Source: Adineta vaga (lineage: Eukaryota > Animalia > Rotifera). Taken from it: a stretch of DNA of 64,000 nucleotides. A program made the translations under genes and the position numbers. Numbering within the stretch: position 1 is the first letter of the stretch; each line of letters opens with the position of its first letter. Shown piece by piece: positions 48,401-63,230 of the stretch. The DNA lies in contig CP075496.1 in assembly GCA_021613535.1 (NCBI GenBank), forward strand, positions 1-64,000, written 5' to 3'. Under the pieces are notes generated by a model that was not told the origin of the DNA, ran no database searches, and worked only from the letters and a program-made list of their open reading frames with translations.

Positions 48401-51400
48401 ATGACACGATTGGCAATACAATTATGTTTCCTTTGTCTATGTTCTATTTTATCAACCAATTACTGCTCAGACTTATCAGGTTTTCATCTGTATTATACAC
48501 ATACATTTGTGCATAGTTATGATCATGATTGCTTATACTATAATGTTCCTAGAAAAGGTTTTGCCTTTCAATTCATTCAATATTGCCAACGTGCTTCATT
48601 TAATGAAATGCTATTTGATTCTGTCGATAATGATGATTATGATCAGAATGAGAACACATTCACATTTGATGAATTACGCCGAAAAAATGTAAGTAGTGAA
48701 CAACTATATCAATGGCCAGCAGCGATTGATATTATTGAACAGTATGAGCATTATTTCGAGACGAACATATCAATGGATAAAATACGATTTTATAATTGTA
48801 CGTATCCATGGTTTGGTTCTCGTTGCGAATATCATTTCGATGAACCACAATCGGATTTTGATGATCAAGTGGCGACAATATTTGATGAGAAAGTATTTTA
48901 TAGTCCGACAGAGTTGAATATATTATCGTGTTATGAACATTTACAATGTGATCGTGTTGGCAATCATGGTCAAACACCAGGTGCATGTTTAGATTGGCGT
49001 GAAATATGCGATGGAAAAGTTGACTGTGTTAATGGTGGATCTGATGAAGAATTCTGTTTACAATTAGAGATGAATCATTGTGATAAAAACACAGAATACC
49101 GATGTCATAATGGCTTGTGTATTCCTTTAGTATTTCTTCATGATGATGAATGGAATGCCGATTGTTTAGATAGAACGGATGAAAATTTAGTGCAAACTTC
49201 CCGATCATACCAACAGGCCACTATTTGTACTCGTGATCCAGCATTTCGATGTGAAGATCATCGGTGTCATACATCACTATATCAGAAGTATACACTCGAA
49301 TGTGGCGATGGTTCATGTACACTATATACTTTCGGTTGTCAGAATAAACGTGATTTCATCTTGTACAATGCGCTTTGGTCAAAAAGAAATGTTTCAAACG
49401 AGTGTCGTTTCGCTATTGCATGTTTTATCAAAATGCCATGGTTTCTTGATTATTATGGTTATGAACATTGTCTGCCACCATCGTACATATTTATGAATGA
49501 GATCAAACAATATTGTCCTCAATTTGTCGAAATTCCACCAATATTATTTGGTCATGTACGAATGATCTACACCAATAATCAAACTTTAGTATGTCATTGA
49601 ATAATAACTACGGAACTGCTGAGAAAATCTAAAGCGATGTTAGATTTTGTGAAATTGACATATATTTTTGAAGAAAATAGTAAGATGAACTTTTGAATCG
49701 ATATGTTTTGAACTAGAAGTCTTGACAACAACACATATTTGTTTTGTAGACAACACGAATGTATAACAATCGATGATTTTACTATTAGACATAATCGCAT
49801 GTCTGAGAACTTTAACCATGACGTTCGAGTTTAGTGTTAGTAGATGAGGCCGAGAAAAAATTATTATCGATATTCTTTTAGTTCATTGATCTGTTCTCAG
49901 TTACAAAACAGTTTTAGAATTTTATCTAAATATTTTCTATCAAAGATATTTTGCTATTTAGAACAAGTTATCAAACCGTTCCATAGAAATTTTTGTTGAA
50001 CCAGACTACATTTGCTATGCAGATCATCTGTGTGATCAGAATCTGTTCTCCAGTTCATCACATCCTTCGATCGATCTCTTCGGTGACAATAGTATTTGTC
50101 GACCATTCCGTGCATTTCAAATTTTAAATAGCATGACCTTTGCGTGGGAGCAAGTGTGGACTGAACTATATAAAATATTTCATAAATGCTCTACCTATCA
50201 TCAGTCATGGCCATTAATCGATTATTCTCATTCATATCGATGTATGAATACATCTAAAGTCATTTCATCATATCGTCTCATCGATGGAATTGAAGATCGT
50301 TTACATGGAGATGATGAATCGTATGAAGAAAGTTGTTCATTGAAACATTTTAATCATCGTTTTCAATGTGATCATAATAAGAATATGAAATGTCTATCTC
50401 AATTACTAGTAATGAATGGTCAAATGAATTGTGAAGATAAATCTGATGAAAAAGATCAATTTGATAATAAACAATCAACATCACTTTCATTTCAAATTTT
50501 GTGTGATGGTTATATTCATGTTCAACCAATAATAATCGATGGTCGTAACGAAACAGATGAAAATGAATGTATGCATTTTCCATGTAATAATACTTATACT
50601 CGATGTGATGGCTTTTGGAATTGTCGTGATGGTGCTGATGAAGTGAATTGTGAATGGCCACCATTGTGTCCTTTATTTCATCATTTATGTCTTTCGCCTT
50701 TGTCTGGTCATCTCATTTGTTTACCTATGAGTTCTATCAATGATGGTGTAGATGATTGTTTGGGTGCATCTGATGAACGGTATTTCTGTCGACAACAAAC
50801 TACCTCTCTACCCGCTACTCGTTATCGTTGTTTGCATACAAATAGATGTATCAGTAGTCGAATAGTTTGTGTAAAACCGTATCTGTGTCCCGTTTATAAT
50901 AATAACTCGATGCGTTTCTGTCAAGAGATAGAAGGAGTATTAGATCTGCGTTGTGATTCAGGAACAAATCTTAGTCGTATAGAACAACATTTATGTACAT
51001 TAACAGATTTAAAGTATTTAATCACGATATATTTTACACTTGTTGGTTCAACGTCTTATGCAAAACTGAAGATGCCACGTAAGTATCTAATATCATGTTC
51101 AATAAATCTCTTTTGATTTGAAGGCAAAACAAACAAAAAAGACATCATCATTCAAGCAGACGATTTCTTTTTTGATTCGCGTTTAGAAATAACATAAAAA
51201 TATTTATTCATGGAGCTATATCTATTTGATTATCTGAAAACTGAATGATGATTTAGGATTTAGATTGCGTATACTAACTTAGGTATATGTTTAATGATAC
51301 ATCGGTAGTAAACTTTAAACACCGATGATTTCAACAGTTGTTTTCTTGTTGAGTAAGATAAACATATTTGTTCAAGAATGAAATTAGAAGTATATAGACT

Positions 51401-53922
51401 AATAATCATCATTTGATGATTTTTTTCCACCTCTAGGATATCCTTATCCCGTAGCTCCACATGCCAATCAGAAAAGAAGTCGTGATTCTACTCGGAAAGA
51501 AGGTTATCTGGCGTGGTTTTGCAATCGAGGTCTCGTGGTTCATCATCGTAAAAATAGTCACAGCGTCACAATCGCCACCAGCAACAATATTCAGCTAGTT
51601 TGTCTTTGTCCACCAGCGTACTACGGACAATGGTGTCAATATCAAAATCAACGTGTTAGTTTGACATTGAAAGTGCGCGCAGCATTCGAGTTTCGTACTT
51701 TGTTTGCTATTGTGATTAGACTGCGTGATAACCAAGACAATCGTATCGAATCATTTGATCAGGTTTATTATTATTACGAGCGTGATTGTCATAATAAGTT
51801 TAATATCTATCTTTTGTATGCGACACGTCCAAAAAGTGTCTCAACAAATCACAGTGTACGAATTGATATCTTCAACAAGCAAACACTCGAACATCATGCG
51901 AGTTGGCTATTTCCTATTCTGTTTTCGTTTTTACCAGTATATCGTATGGCTATTCAATTGCAAATTCCACCGAAAAAAGTTACTGCATTCAAGTGTACCG
52001 AATTGAATTGTGGGCTTCATGGTCGGTGTTTGCAGTATGTAAATACACCTAGTGTCTATTGTTTTTGTGACAAAGGATGGTCTGGTAAGTACTGCGATGT
52101 TCTACATACGTGTCATTGTTCATCGGATTCACTTTGTGTTGCTTCAAATATATGTGTTTGTCCATTGAATAAGTTTGGTCCTCGTTGTTATCTTAAACAT
52201 CTGAGATGTTCATGTCAACATGGTGGAACATGTATACCAAACGATGAACATATACGAAAAGGAGAAAGCGTATGTCTATGTCCTAAAGGTTATTCTGGTG
52301 CTAAATGTGAAAAACTTGACACACGAATTACATTATCATTTGCATCTGAGATACCTATACCATCGTCAATACTGGTACATTTCATCGAAGTATTTGGCAA
52401 ACATCAATCTCCTCTTCGATCAACAAGTTTTAAAAAAATTGAAATCAATCGAGAAACCATATCTTTTCTCACATCTTTACGATTTCATCTTGTTTTCATT
52501 GAAATGGCACAATCGAAAATCTATTATTTAACTATATTCCAACAAGAATTCATTCCAGATTCGAATATCTCAGTCACTATCAAAGTCTCAGATCGTTGTT
52601 TATCAATTACAAAACTCTTTAATGACACATTGGTAAGATGGCATTTTCTTCGCCGTATGAAATACTATCATCTACTGTGTCAAGAACGAACAGAACTTCG
52701 ATGCTTCTATGATGAGATACATCTATGTATCTGTTATGAAGATATTCGGCAAGCAAATTGTTTGATATTTAATCATTCGAAATCGTATGATTGTGAAGAA
52801 CAGAATCCATGTGAAAATCATGGTCAATGTTTTCGTGATGATCCTAATTGTCCAACATCATTCATGTGTGTTTGTAATGAATGTTCATATGGAACGCGTT
52901 GTCAATTTTCGACAAAAGGTATTGGTCTTTCATTAGATGCTATTCTTGGTTATCATATTCAATCGAATCGATCATTTCGAAATCAACGTTTTATCATTCA
53001 TCTGACGACCATTATTGTGACAATTATGTTGATAGTTGGTATGATTGGTAGTTTATTGTGTGTAATGACTTTTTATACAAAGAAAACACTCAAAGCAGGC
53101 TGTGGTTATTATCTTCTTGTGTCCTCGATCACATCAGCAATGACGCTTGTTATATTTTCTCTAAAATTCTATTTTCTTCTTGTTTCACAAATGGGTATAA
53201 TTACCAGTCGTCAATATATGTCATTCAATTGTATATCAATTGAATATATGCTGAAAGTTCTCTTGAGTGTCAGTGATTGGCTCAATAGTTTTGTTGGTGT
53301 CGAACGAGCCATTACTGTGCAGAAAGGTGTCAAGTTTGATAAAATGCAAACGAAAAGAATGGCCAAATGGATAATCATCAGTACTTATATATTTACTACT
53401 GTAACTTATGTACACGATCCAATCTATCGTCGACTAATCGATGATAATGAAGATGGAGATGAAGAAGACGAACGCCGAACATGGTGCCATGTACAGTTCA
53501 GTTCATCTCTACAATTATTTAATTCAATCGTTTCTGCATGTCATTTCTTTTTGCCGTTTTTTTTGAATATTCTTTCCGCTCTATATATTATTACATATAC
53601 TGCTAGTCAACGATCCCAAGCACAAAGACAACAATCTAACAATCAGCAATTACGACGACAATTATATGAACTAAAGCATTTATTAATTAGTCCAGCTATT
53701 CTAATTCTATTAGCTTCACCTCGACTTGTTATTTCGTTTGTATCCGGTTGTATGAAAACAACAAGACGTTATCTAGCGATCTATCTGAGTGGTTATCTGA
53801 TCTCGTTTCTACCACCAATGCTTTTATTTGTCGTTTTCGTGATACCATCGAAAACCTACAAAGAAGAACTGAATCAGACAATCGTACGCATTAAACAATA
53901 TATATTTACACGTTGTCACTGA
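48401..53922 (+). CDS. LDL-receptor class A repeat + EGF repeat + rhodopsin-like 7TM receptor (bdelloid-expanded family)
   Basis: Signal peptide, CDGKVDC..GSDE-type LDLa repeats, EGF repeats, 7 hydrophobic helices with DW...VGVERA; intron 51079-51437; ~390-bp interruption at 49590-49985 is an unresolved intron or insertion. Confidence 0.85.
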
Positions 53923-56362
53923 TGATATTCTTCTTCTGTCATTTCAATTCAGATTATCGATGATAGAGACTAAATGAAGACAGACAGCGGCATTCAATTC
54001 AGTGCTAAATATATTGTATCACTTGTATTTCTTATTTGTTGTTCTTTATCTAGTATAAAACGAACCATATTTTCGTCTAAATCGTATTGGAAAATGAGAG
54101 TGAGATACAGCAAAGAATGCACTCCTAAGTATATTCTGATGATATCTATGTTGATATTTTCTGGCTGCGATCTAATTTTTTTCAGATGAATTGTTTTGTG
54201 ATGTTCTAAAAAAATAATGCATTTCATTTTGTTTGAATAAGTTTCATCGCTTTCTAGAAGATGCTTTAGTTATATTATTGCGTTCGTATAGATGAATATC
54301 AATTTTATCCACGATCACACGGTTGTACAATTGTTTTATGAAATATTTCACTTGTCTATTATAGAAACAATCCAAAGGTTGAAGCTCAATGGTCGTCTTT
54401 TTTGGTATTGTTAATTATTTCACACGGATTATATTGTGATAGGAAGTACTAAAATTGTATTCGAAAATCCTGTGCAGATTTTCGAACGGCATCATAATCG
54501 TCAATTTCGTGGCGTGTAACAATATTCGTGATTCGCCGAGAAACTATATGATGTTTTCTTTTAAAACTATCAAGTTATCCCTGAGATGCATGAAAATTTT
54601 CTATAGCACCCTTCAATGCTCATCTTTGTATATCAAAATCATGAACAGCAAGGCTTGGCAGCAGAAACTCCTTTTCCATATGCATTTAGGAATATCTTCT
54701 TTACTGATGTGTCGATTGACATCATTTTTTCTTTCTGTCTTTACACGATTGAATTTTTGTTTAAAAAGTTAGGTTGCTGTCGATCGTTATCTCATCATTC
54801 TTTTACCTAATTCATATACTTTTAAGAACGTTCGTTTTGCAGTGCGATTGACAGTTATGACTTTAATTATTCTTCTTGTAATGCATATTCATGAATTATC
54901 ATTCCACAGGTTTATCTATGTGTGTAACATATATTAATATTGGTTTTGTATCAGTTTATGATCGCATATCGACTCCTCTTCATTATATTCTACCAGTTTT
55001 TATTCAAAGAATCAGTATTACACTTTTGATTATCTTTGCTTTTACATGTTTTGCCGTCAACACAACATAGAAAAACATTTGCTGAAACATCAATTGGGAA
55101 AAAATTGAGTCAATCGTGCTTTAAAAAACAAAACTGTCCGAATCATTTCTCTTGCTTTTCGTGTTGTTTGTATCGGTACTAAAAAGTGGGATATAGATAC
55201 GATTGCTTTACTATTTATTAGATAATACAGAGTAGATTAAAGTTACTCGAGCTGATGTCAAACTTAATTAATGTTTTGCCATTCAAAACCTGAAAAATTC
55301 ATTTAATCAAAAAGAACAATTAACCCATGTAAAAAAAAACACAAAAAATCTGATTTTTATAGATTCTTTCCCTGTTCACCAATTTTTGTTATTTTTACCC
55401 ATGCATATGATTTTATTCGATTTTTATCTGGTCACCGATTTTAATCCATTATTTCTTAGAAAATCACCGTTAATAATTTTTTAGGAGTATTCTTTTTCCT
55501 AGATTCGAACACGATATCTTTAGAATATAAAGTCCAGAATTTTGCCACTGATCTAAAACTTCACGTATATACTAAGTTTAAAACTGGTATATATGTTGTT
55601 TTAAATTGAGATGGTGCAATTACAAAAAAAATCGATTAAAATCTATTAATTATGGAAAAATCGATTAAAATCTATTATTCCACGCTCTTTTCAAGATTAA
55701 AATCGATAAAAATCAATTTTTTGCTAATATTTGATCAGAAAATGCAGCATTAATCAGATTTTTATGTTTTTCTTATATGGGATATAACAGATTTAATCAG
55801 ATAGTGCTGCAATAAATCAGATTTTTCTTATTTTTCTAGAAAAATCGATTTTAATCTCTTATTATTTTTTTCACTAATTGAGAAAATTAGTTAATTAAGT
55901 GAGGCATCATTTACTTTAGCTACAGATTTACATTGAACCCAATTCCAAGCGCCATCTATGTATGAAGAAGTAAATTACTTTTTCAATTTTTCTTTATTTT
56001 ACAATTTTTCATCATAATAATACGTTAAACTATAGAAGACCATTTTTCCAACAAAAATACATAATATTAGCAGTTGATCAGTATGCGTTCATTAATCCTC
56101 CTTAATGATCATTTCATGGACAAAGAAATGTTTACTGTATGTTAACTATTCATTGTATTTATAAGAATATTGTTGCTTGGCTTTTCAGTCGTTCATATAA
56201 TTTGAATTCCGTGTTCTTCTCGTTTGTAATAAGATATCGAGAAACGCTGTTCATATTCTTGTGTCGATGTTTCAATATATATTACAATTTGATGTCATTA
56301 TGTCGACTAATATATATCTTTTTTAACTGTTTTAGATCATCATCACATTTAGTATTATTTAC

Positions 56363-57955
56363 AATGGCACCAAAATCTACCAGTACTCGAAAAAAAAATA
56401 TTGAAAAGGAAAATGAAGAACAAATGGTTTTGATCCGAGATGAGACATCAGAAGTACTTATGCTTGTTGATTCGAGTAAGGCATTACCGGTGAAAAAAGG
56501 TACTCAATTGGCACCAGGTATTGTAGTATCCTGGCAAGATAATAATCGACAACGTTGGCGTGGACCAGTATTAACTTTTGGTTAGTTTAGACTAAAATTT
56601 ATTTATTTATTTTTAATCAGTTAGATTTAAGGAACGGAATCACATTGCTCGAAAATTATGTCAACAATCAAAAGAAATTCGATTATTAATGATCCTGAAG
56701 ATACTATTCCGAAAGAAAATGAAGGACCAAAACCTAAATCAACAATAGTGATTGAATCACGTGATACAGAACAAGTTCTCGTTAACGAAGAAGAAAGTAA
56801 TGAATTATCAGAAATTTATTCCACTGATAATGAAAACGACAAATCATCACAAGATGAAATGAACGATGAAGAAGAAATTGATGAAGATACGAAAGCAAAG
56901 AATTCACCATTAATTCAAACGACTGATAATCCAAGTAGTTTTTTTTTCTGAAATAACTTAATATTGTACATTTGCTTTTCGAAGGTTCAAACCGTTTAAA
57001 ACGACGATCTCAAGAAAACTCGACCAGTTCAACGAAGAAAAAGAAATTTTCTACCAGTTCGTTGACTGTTCCATATGCAACATATTCAAAACTGGAACAA
57101 AAGTGTTTACGATTGGAAGCTCAACTTGCTCGTTACGAACAGGAATATATGCGTATGTATATAATTTTCTTAACTTGTACATTCAGAAGATTTTGTATTT
57201 AAATACATGCATGTGTATAGTACATGCAATATGTCGAACAAAATGATACTTCTAAAAATATTGACACTGTAAAAAGTTCTATAATATAGCAGTGATGGTG
57301 AAAATGAATTTCTTTCTTCAATAAACGAAGTTGAAGATTAATACTTTGAACATTAACTGATCTTTGTAGTTTATGAATTAATAGGGATTATAATTGTTTT
57401 ATAGTAGCGGAAGTCAATTTTTCAAATGGAGAATAATACATAACATGAATTTATTTTGTATCTCATTTTTATTTCATTTTTTTCTCTCTTTAGCTGGTCC
57501 TAAAGATCCAAAGGTAATCCACTATTTCATCGAAGTTACTGATATTCTACGTGGAGTCCATAACAACGAAGACGATGAAGATCGTGAAAATCTATTTGAA
57601 ATGATTATAAAGGAATTAAGTATGGATGAAAAACAACTATTGAAATGTCATAGTAAAACAGCAACAGCTACTGCTCGACAAATTATGAAACATTTGTATC
57701 CAATTCCTACACAAGAATGTAAAGACAGATTAAGCGACGAATCATTTTGGAAGGCGGTCGTGAGTGAGTAAACACTCATTTTTATTTTATCTTAAAAATG
57801 ATTTGTACTTGTAGAATACACACGACTTTCCAATCCAGCTGATCCCACTACTGATGTGGAAATTTGACACGCAATGGGCAACTACGTTGCTGCTTTTGAA
57901 TATAAGATTCGACGAAGTAATGGTGTTCCTATTGACAATCAATAAATCAATTAGT
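56363..57955 (+). CDS. Accessory ORF of the CACTA element (multi-exon; acidic region, NLS, coiled coil)
   Basis: Consecutive exons MAPKSTST..., KRRS..KKKK, KTATATARQIMKHLYP with GT-AG junctions. Confidence 0.55.
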
Positions 57956-58341
57956 TCTATTTTCACTGTGATTTCTTCTTCTGAAATTTCTTCTTCTTCT
58001 TTTTTCGCTGTTATAATTATTGATATTATGTATTTGTTTTTTCTATAACTGGTGCATATGGTATAGGAATTGTACACTCACTTCTGTCGCACTCTTTTTG
58101 AACAAAGTGCATTGCAGATTGATCTCTTCTATTGTCAGATATATTTGAACTTAAAGAAAACGTTTTTATTGATGCAACTATAGTTATTTTCGATTGGTTA
58201 TTATTCCAGATATTTTTCTTTGTGAACTTGTTCTCATATATATATACTATTTATTAAGCACTTTGTGTTTGTACTCATGACATATAAATAAAAAGATATT
58301 TGATTATTTAATTCAATTTTTTGTTCTTATTTAAAAGTTCA

Positions 58342-61300
58342 ATGTCAAGTAAAAGATCCGTGTACAGAAAGAGGAAGATTCAGCAACGAAATATAGAATT
58401 AGGTAAATCTTTTGAATCTGTTAAAACAAAATTATTAATTTATAAAAGGTAGGCTATGCTTTAACTCGTTATCATGATTTTTCAAGCACAATGAATGATG
58501 TAGCGGCTAATGAGATCCAGAGACACAAGGTCCTTGATAAAAAGGAAGAAACTGATATTGATATAGAAGTTTCATCACATAATGCTTCATTAAATGTTGA
58601 CAATGAATTTAATATAGATGATTTGATGGACATTGATCAAACGGACACAGACGTTAATATGCATGATAGGTATTATTTTACTATATGTAGTTTTATTTTC
58701 AGTGATTAACATGTACTTGCTATTATCTCATGTTTGAATTCTATGCACTTGTTCAATTTATAAAATTTAACTGATTATATTTTTTATACATTTTGTTAAT
58801 TTTTAGGCATCAAAGAGATACAACTTCCACAAACCACCCTTTCACCATGAAAGATATCGCTGGTATTTTAATTGTCTTTAAACATCGTCATCATCTTTCC
58901 ACTGAATGTATGTCAGATCTCTTATCTTTATTAATTTCTCTTGGAGTTGATAACATACCGCGTTCATGGTATCAACTAAAATAGCAAATTACTCCGATTA
59001 AACCAACTCGCCGTTATTTTACTCCATGTGAATGTTGTATGTCAGCCTCCACAAATGCGTCAAAATGTTCTAATTGTGGACAGAATATACCAACTTCTTG
59101 CTATGAGAAAACTTTTATTAATTTTTCAATTACAGATCAGTTGGAAATCATATTGAACAACAATGATATATTTGGTCTTTCCTTTATCATGCACAAATGA
59201 TGCGATTACGGATATTAAGCATGGTGATGTTTACAAACGATTAAAGCAAGTTTGTAATGATCGTTTTTTAACATTTACTGTAAATATTGATGGCGTTGAA
59301 ACAAAAAAGAAAACAAAGAAGTCGATTTGGCCAGTTTTGTTAGTCATAAATGAGCTGCCAGTTAGTCAACGTTATAATCTAGAAAACACAATTATAGCTG
59401 GCGTATGGACAGCACCTAAGAAACCTTCTCGAATAGAAATGAAATATTTATTGTCACCTGTGGTGGAAGAATTACGTTTGTTAGAAAATGGATATATGTT
59501 TAACGATTATCGAAATTTGTCTAATAGTCAAGATATTATAATAAAATGCTTTTTAATTTCTGCATGTTGTGATAAACCTGCTCAAGCATTAGTACAAAAT
59601 ATCCCTGAACCAATTGCACAATTTGGTTGTGGTCGTTGTGAGATTCAAGGTAAAAACGCTACTAGAGCAGTCACTATTAGATTAAGTTGTGCCACACTTC
59701 AATATGTGATACTCGAATCAGAGATGAACTGAATGTTTTATATGACATCGACGCAAGTGAAAATTCGTCCAATATTGTTTTTTATTTAAATATCCACGTA
59801 TTGCAAGACATCTTTGTTAACCGAATCTAAACATATATACACCATATTCATTGAAAGATGAATATTACCAGGTTGGTCAAAAAGTTCTGCAACACTTCAT
59901 AAGATAAACTCTTTAACAAGTGTTGCAGAACTTTTTGACCAACCTAATAACTTGGAACTTTCTGACCACCTTTAATATGACTGGTAGTTTATATTTATAG
60001 ATGTTGTGAAAACAAATATCATATTTTAAAAATTGAAAGTGATTTAAAAGGGAACAATATAAAACTTAGATTTCTTCTTTGCAATAAGTCTAGTACAGAT
60101 GAAATGCATATTCTGTTTATGCCTAAAATCAACCCTAAGAGTTTATGTAAATTCGTATTCTAGGAGAATGCGTGGATGTACTAGAATGTAATAAGTTTTA
60201 ATCAATTCTTCTAACTTTGATCAATTTTGTAAATGTAAACTGACTTTAATCGACTTCTAATCATGAAAACATGGCTGAAACTAAATTTTCATGAATGTTT
60301 ATCAGAATATGATACAATCATATTCTATTAAAAATTAAACATAAAGCTTTTCTCTTGACTATTTTATATATAGGTGAAATGATTAAAGCATCAACTAAAG
60401 GTTTTGTAAGGTCATTTGCAGTGAACAATACTGGTTTAAAACAGATCCAATTGCGTGCAAATCAACGATATGATATTCTACTAAATTTGAAATATCTTAA
60501 TGAACAGAAGATGAATGGTTTTCTTAATAATTCCAAAAAACAGCAGGAAATTCAGAAAAAAAAATATGAAATTGCTGAGAAAGGAATTTTAGGAGAATGT
60601 ATTTTTCGATCATTGGCATTTTTAGATGTTGGTATCTCGTTTATGGCCGATAGTTTGCATAATGTTTATCTGGGCACTTTTGTAAGAAAACGTTTCGAAA
60701 ACCATACATCATCTATTTTTATTTATAGAAGCGAATGCTGTACTTATGGTTTGATAAAAAATATTCTGCTGAAAAGTGGAATATTAGGAAACACCTACGT
60801 GAATTATCAGCTTTGTTTCTTCTTTTACGTCTGCCTTCAACCACAATCAGATTACCCAGAAATTTACTCGAATATACAAGTCTTAAAGGCAACGAATTAC
60901 GTACTTTACTTTTATTTGGTCGTACAATTTTTTCTCAGGCTCTGAAGCAGGAGTATTATTCACATCTTCTGCAGTTAGTAGTACTTATGCATTTGGCAGA
61001 ATCCAGACAGATGACACCACATGATTTGTCTGTTATTGAAAAACTCTCAGAGTCTTTCGTTGTTCATTTCTCCGAATTATACACACAAAGGCATGTTGTT
61101 CAAGTGGTACACTCTGTTCTTCATATTCCAGCAACAGTCCGAGACTTTGGCCCTCTCACAAATTTTACCACCTTTAATTTCGAAGGTGTCTTAGGTGAGA
61201 GTTTTCATAATAATATTCAATCATTTGTCGAACAGAACCATAGTTCTACTTGCATTCTATTATATATTTTTAGCTCTAAAAATAACTCATGCATAACAAT

Positions 61301-62232
61301 ACGAAAATAATAGTGCAAAACTGTAGAATAAAATCAATTTGAGAAACGACAAAAAATATCTTATTCTCTATGCTTCTATCAATCAAAATCGATTAAGATT
61401 AAAACAATTTATCAAAATCAGTTATTATCTTTAAGCATGTATAAAATACTTTAATATCAGTGATTTGATCGATAAATATCGATTTATATTTTAAAAACTG
61501 GTTATCCAAAGCACTTTAATCTTTTTGAATATAAGTTTCGCCCATATTTGATCTGATCTTTCTATATGTGTTCTATGTACAAATACTATATAGCAGTTGC
61601 CTTTTATTGTAGGTAAAATTACTCGTGCAACTAAAGGTACACGACGTCACGCTGTGGAAATAATATCTACAGTTCATTATCTTCAAGCTGCGCTTGTACA
61701 TCTGAAACGGTCTTCGTTGGACATTCATCTCGATAACTTTATTTCGAATGAACTTGGTTATTCTCTGATCAAGATCGATTTTGGAATCCGGTTAATGCAC
61801 AAGACAGACCAACGTCATCCATTGGCTTCAATATTTTTTCCTACGCAGGATATTAGATGTTTCGACGTATTATACATTGGGCATGTAAGAATAACAACTA
61901 CTGAATATACTGACATGAAAAAAGCAGATGACAGTACTATCATATTTCGACTTAACAATACTCCAACATTTGGCCGCGTTTGTTCGATATTTTCAGTAAA
62001 AAATGATCAACCTATGTTATTAGTTGATTATTATGAGAAAACACAACCTATTGAATGCACAACTGCTGCTAATGAACAAAAATTTCAATATAAATATATA
62101 AGATGTGTTGATACGAGGACCAAAGCAACCTGTTTGATTGAAACTTACGATTTCATCGAAAAATGTGTTTTTTTTTCAAGCCTGCAACAATGTTGCTCAC
62201 TTTTATCGATTTCCTACACTTCATCACAGTAC
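58342..62232 (+). pseudogene. CACTA/EnSpm (TnpD-like) transposase, multi-exon, with premature TAG at 58982
   Basis: NIDG...SIWPV...NELP, CDKPA...FGCGRC, ADSLHNVYLG, KGNELR, VHSVLH....FGPL..F..FNFE. Confidence 0.85.
59863..59949. mobile_element. Tiny mariner-derived palindromic MITE (MADE1-like architecture) inside a transposase intron
   Basis: Perfect 28-bp arms AGGTTGGTCAAAAAGTTCTGCAACACTT at 59870-59897 and 59918-59945 with a 20-bp spacer; right end AACCTAATA. Confidence 0.8.
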
Positions 62233-62751
62233 ATAGATGTTCAAACTTTATACTTTATCAAAGAAGATGGTATATTTATTTTTAAATAAACTTCTAAACT
62301 GTGTCAGTTTGTCCATAAAAACAATCTACTTCATCTCAATAAGAAATATTTAAATTTAAGGAGCACTCATTTATAACGTTACATTGCAGTAATCTAGTTT
62401 TCTATTCTACAAACCGACCAAAATTTTACCAACTTTTGTTCTAAAACAATTGTCATTATTATATCTCTAAAAATAAATTATATTCACTATTTCAAGGCAC
62501 TTCAACATAATCGTTCACCTCTTCAAACACCGACGACGTTTGATGAAAGAATATTTCACAGAGTTCAGCTGATAAAAAGCGACTCTTCTTATACAAATCG
62601 ATTAAAATTCCAAAAATCCATTAAAATCAATTTTCTGTCGATATTTAATCAGAAAATGTAACATTAATCAGATTTTTCTGATTTTCAACAAAAAATCGAT
62701 TTTAATCAGATTTTTTATATGTTTTTTTTACATGGGTAGTGACCTCTGTAC

Positions 62752-63113
62752 ATGTCTCAGTATTCTAAAATACAATATTTGAATCCTAAAACAACACTAA
62801 GGAAAATAGAAAACGTTACAAAAAATCACCCTGACTGCGATGGAGATTTCATTTATTTGAATGGAAAATGTGGTAATGGTGGAAGTGTTGGTCAGACTGA
62901 CACACGCACACCATTCGATGTGCTCTATGGTGCTACGTAAAAAATGTTCTATCCTAACTCTGAAATAGTTGCAGTGCTCTCAACTGGTTGGTATAATTGA
63001 GGACGTCGATGTGGAAAAATGACAACTATTTATGAAAATGGAAAGTCAACAAAAGCTATGGTTGTATCGATGAATGTGATTCCATATATGATTGTGATGA
63101 TGAATATACATAC
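62752..63113 (+). pseudogene. Kiwellin / ripening-related protein-like (double-psi beta-barrel) pseudogene
   Basis: Manual translation from 62941: EIVAVLSTGWYN*GRRCGKMTTIYENGKSTKAMVV/DECDSIYDCDDEY; stops and a frameshift. Confidence 0.75.
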
Positions 63114-63143
63114 TCGTTCTTAATTCTAAGGGTGTTATTAGAA

Positions 63144-63230
63144 GGGTGAAGGTGTGGGTGTTTGTAACACTACTACATCATTGTATTCGTCTCACACCCA
63201 CTTACATCCACCCACACCCACACCCACACC
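63144..63230. repeat. Head-to-head short telomeric tracts (G-rich 63144-63161, C-rich 63193-63230)
   Basis: gggtgaaggtgtgggtgt ... cacacccacttacatccacccacacccacacccacaccc. Confidence 0.8.

Larger units (their letters stand above)
55324..62736 (+). mobile_element. CACTA/EnSpm-type DNA transposon with CCC termini, 7.4 kb
   Basis: Imperfect ~32-bp TIR CCCATGTAAAAAAAA..AAAAAATCTGATT; AAATCGATT/AATCAGATT subterminal repeats at both ends; two internal genes. Confidence 0.85.

Noticed and set aside
53974-55300. Short hydrophobic ORFs downstream of the receptor gene
   Set aside because: AT-rich chance ORFs with no recognisable motif
55485-55555. tRNA-like B-box (GTTCGAATC on the minus strand); similar at ~37350-37400
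   Set aside because: No cloverleaf can be folded; at most decayed tRNA-derived sequence inside TEs
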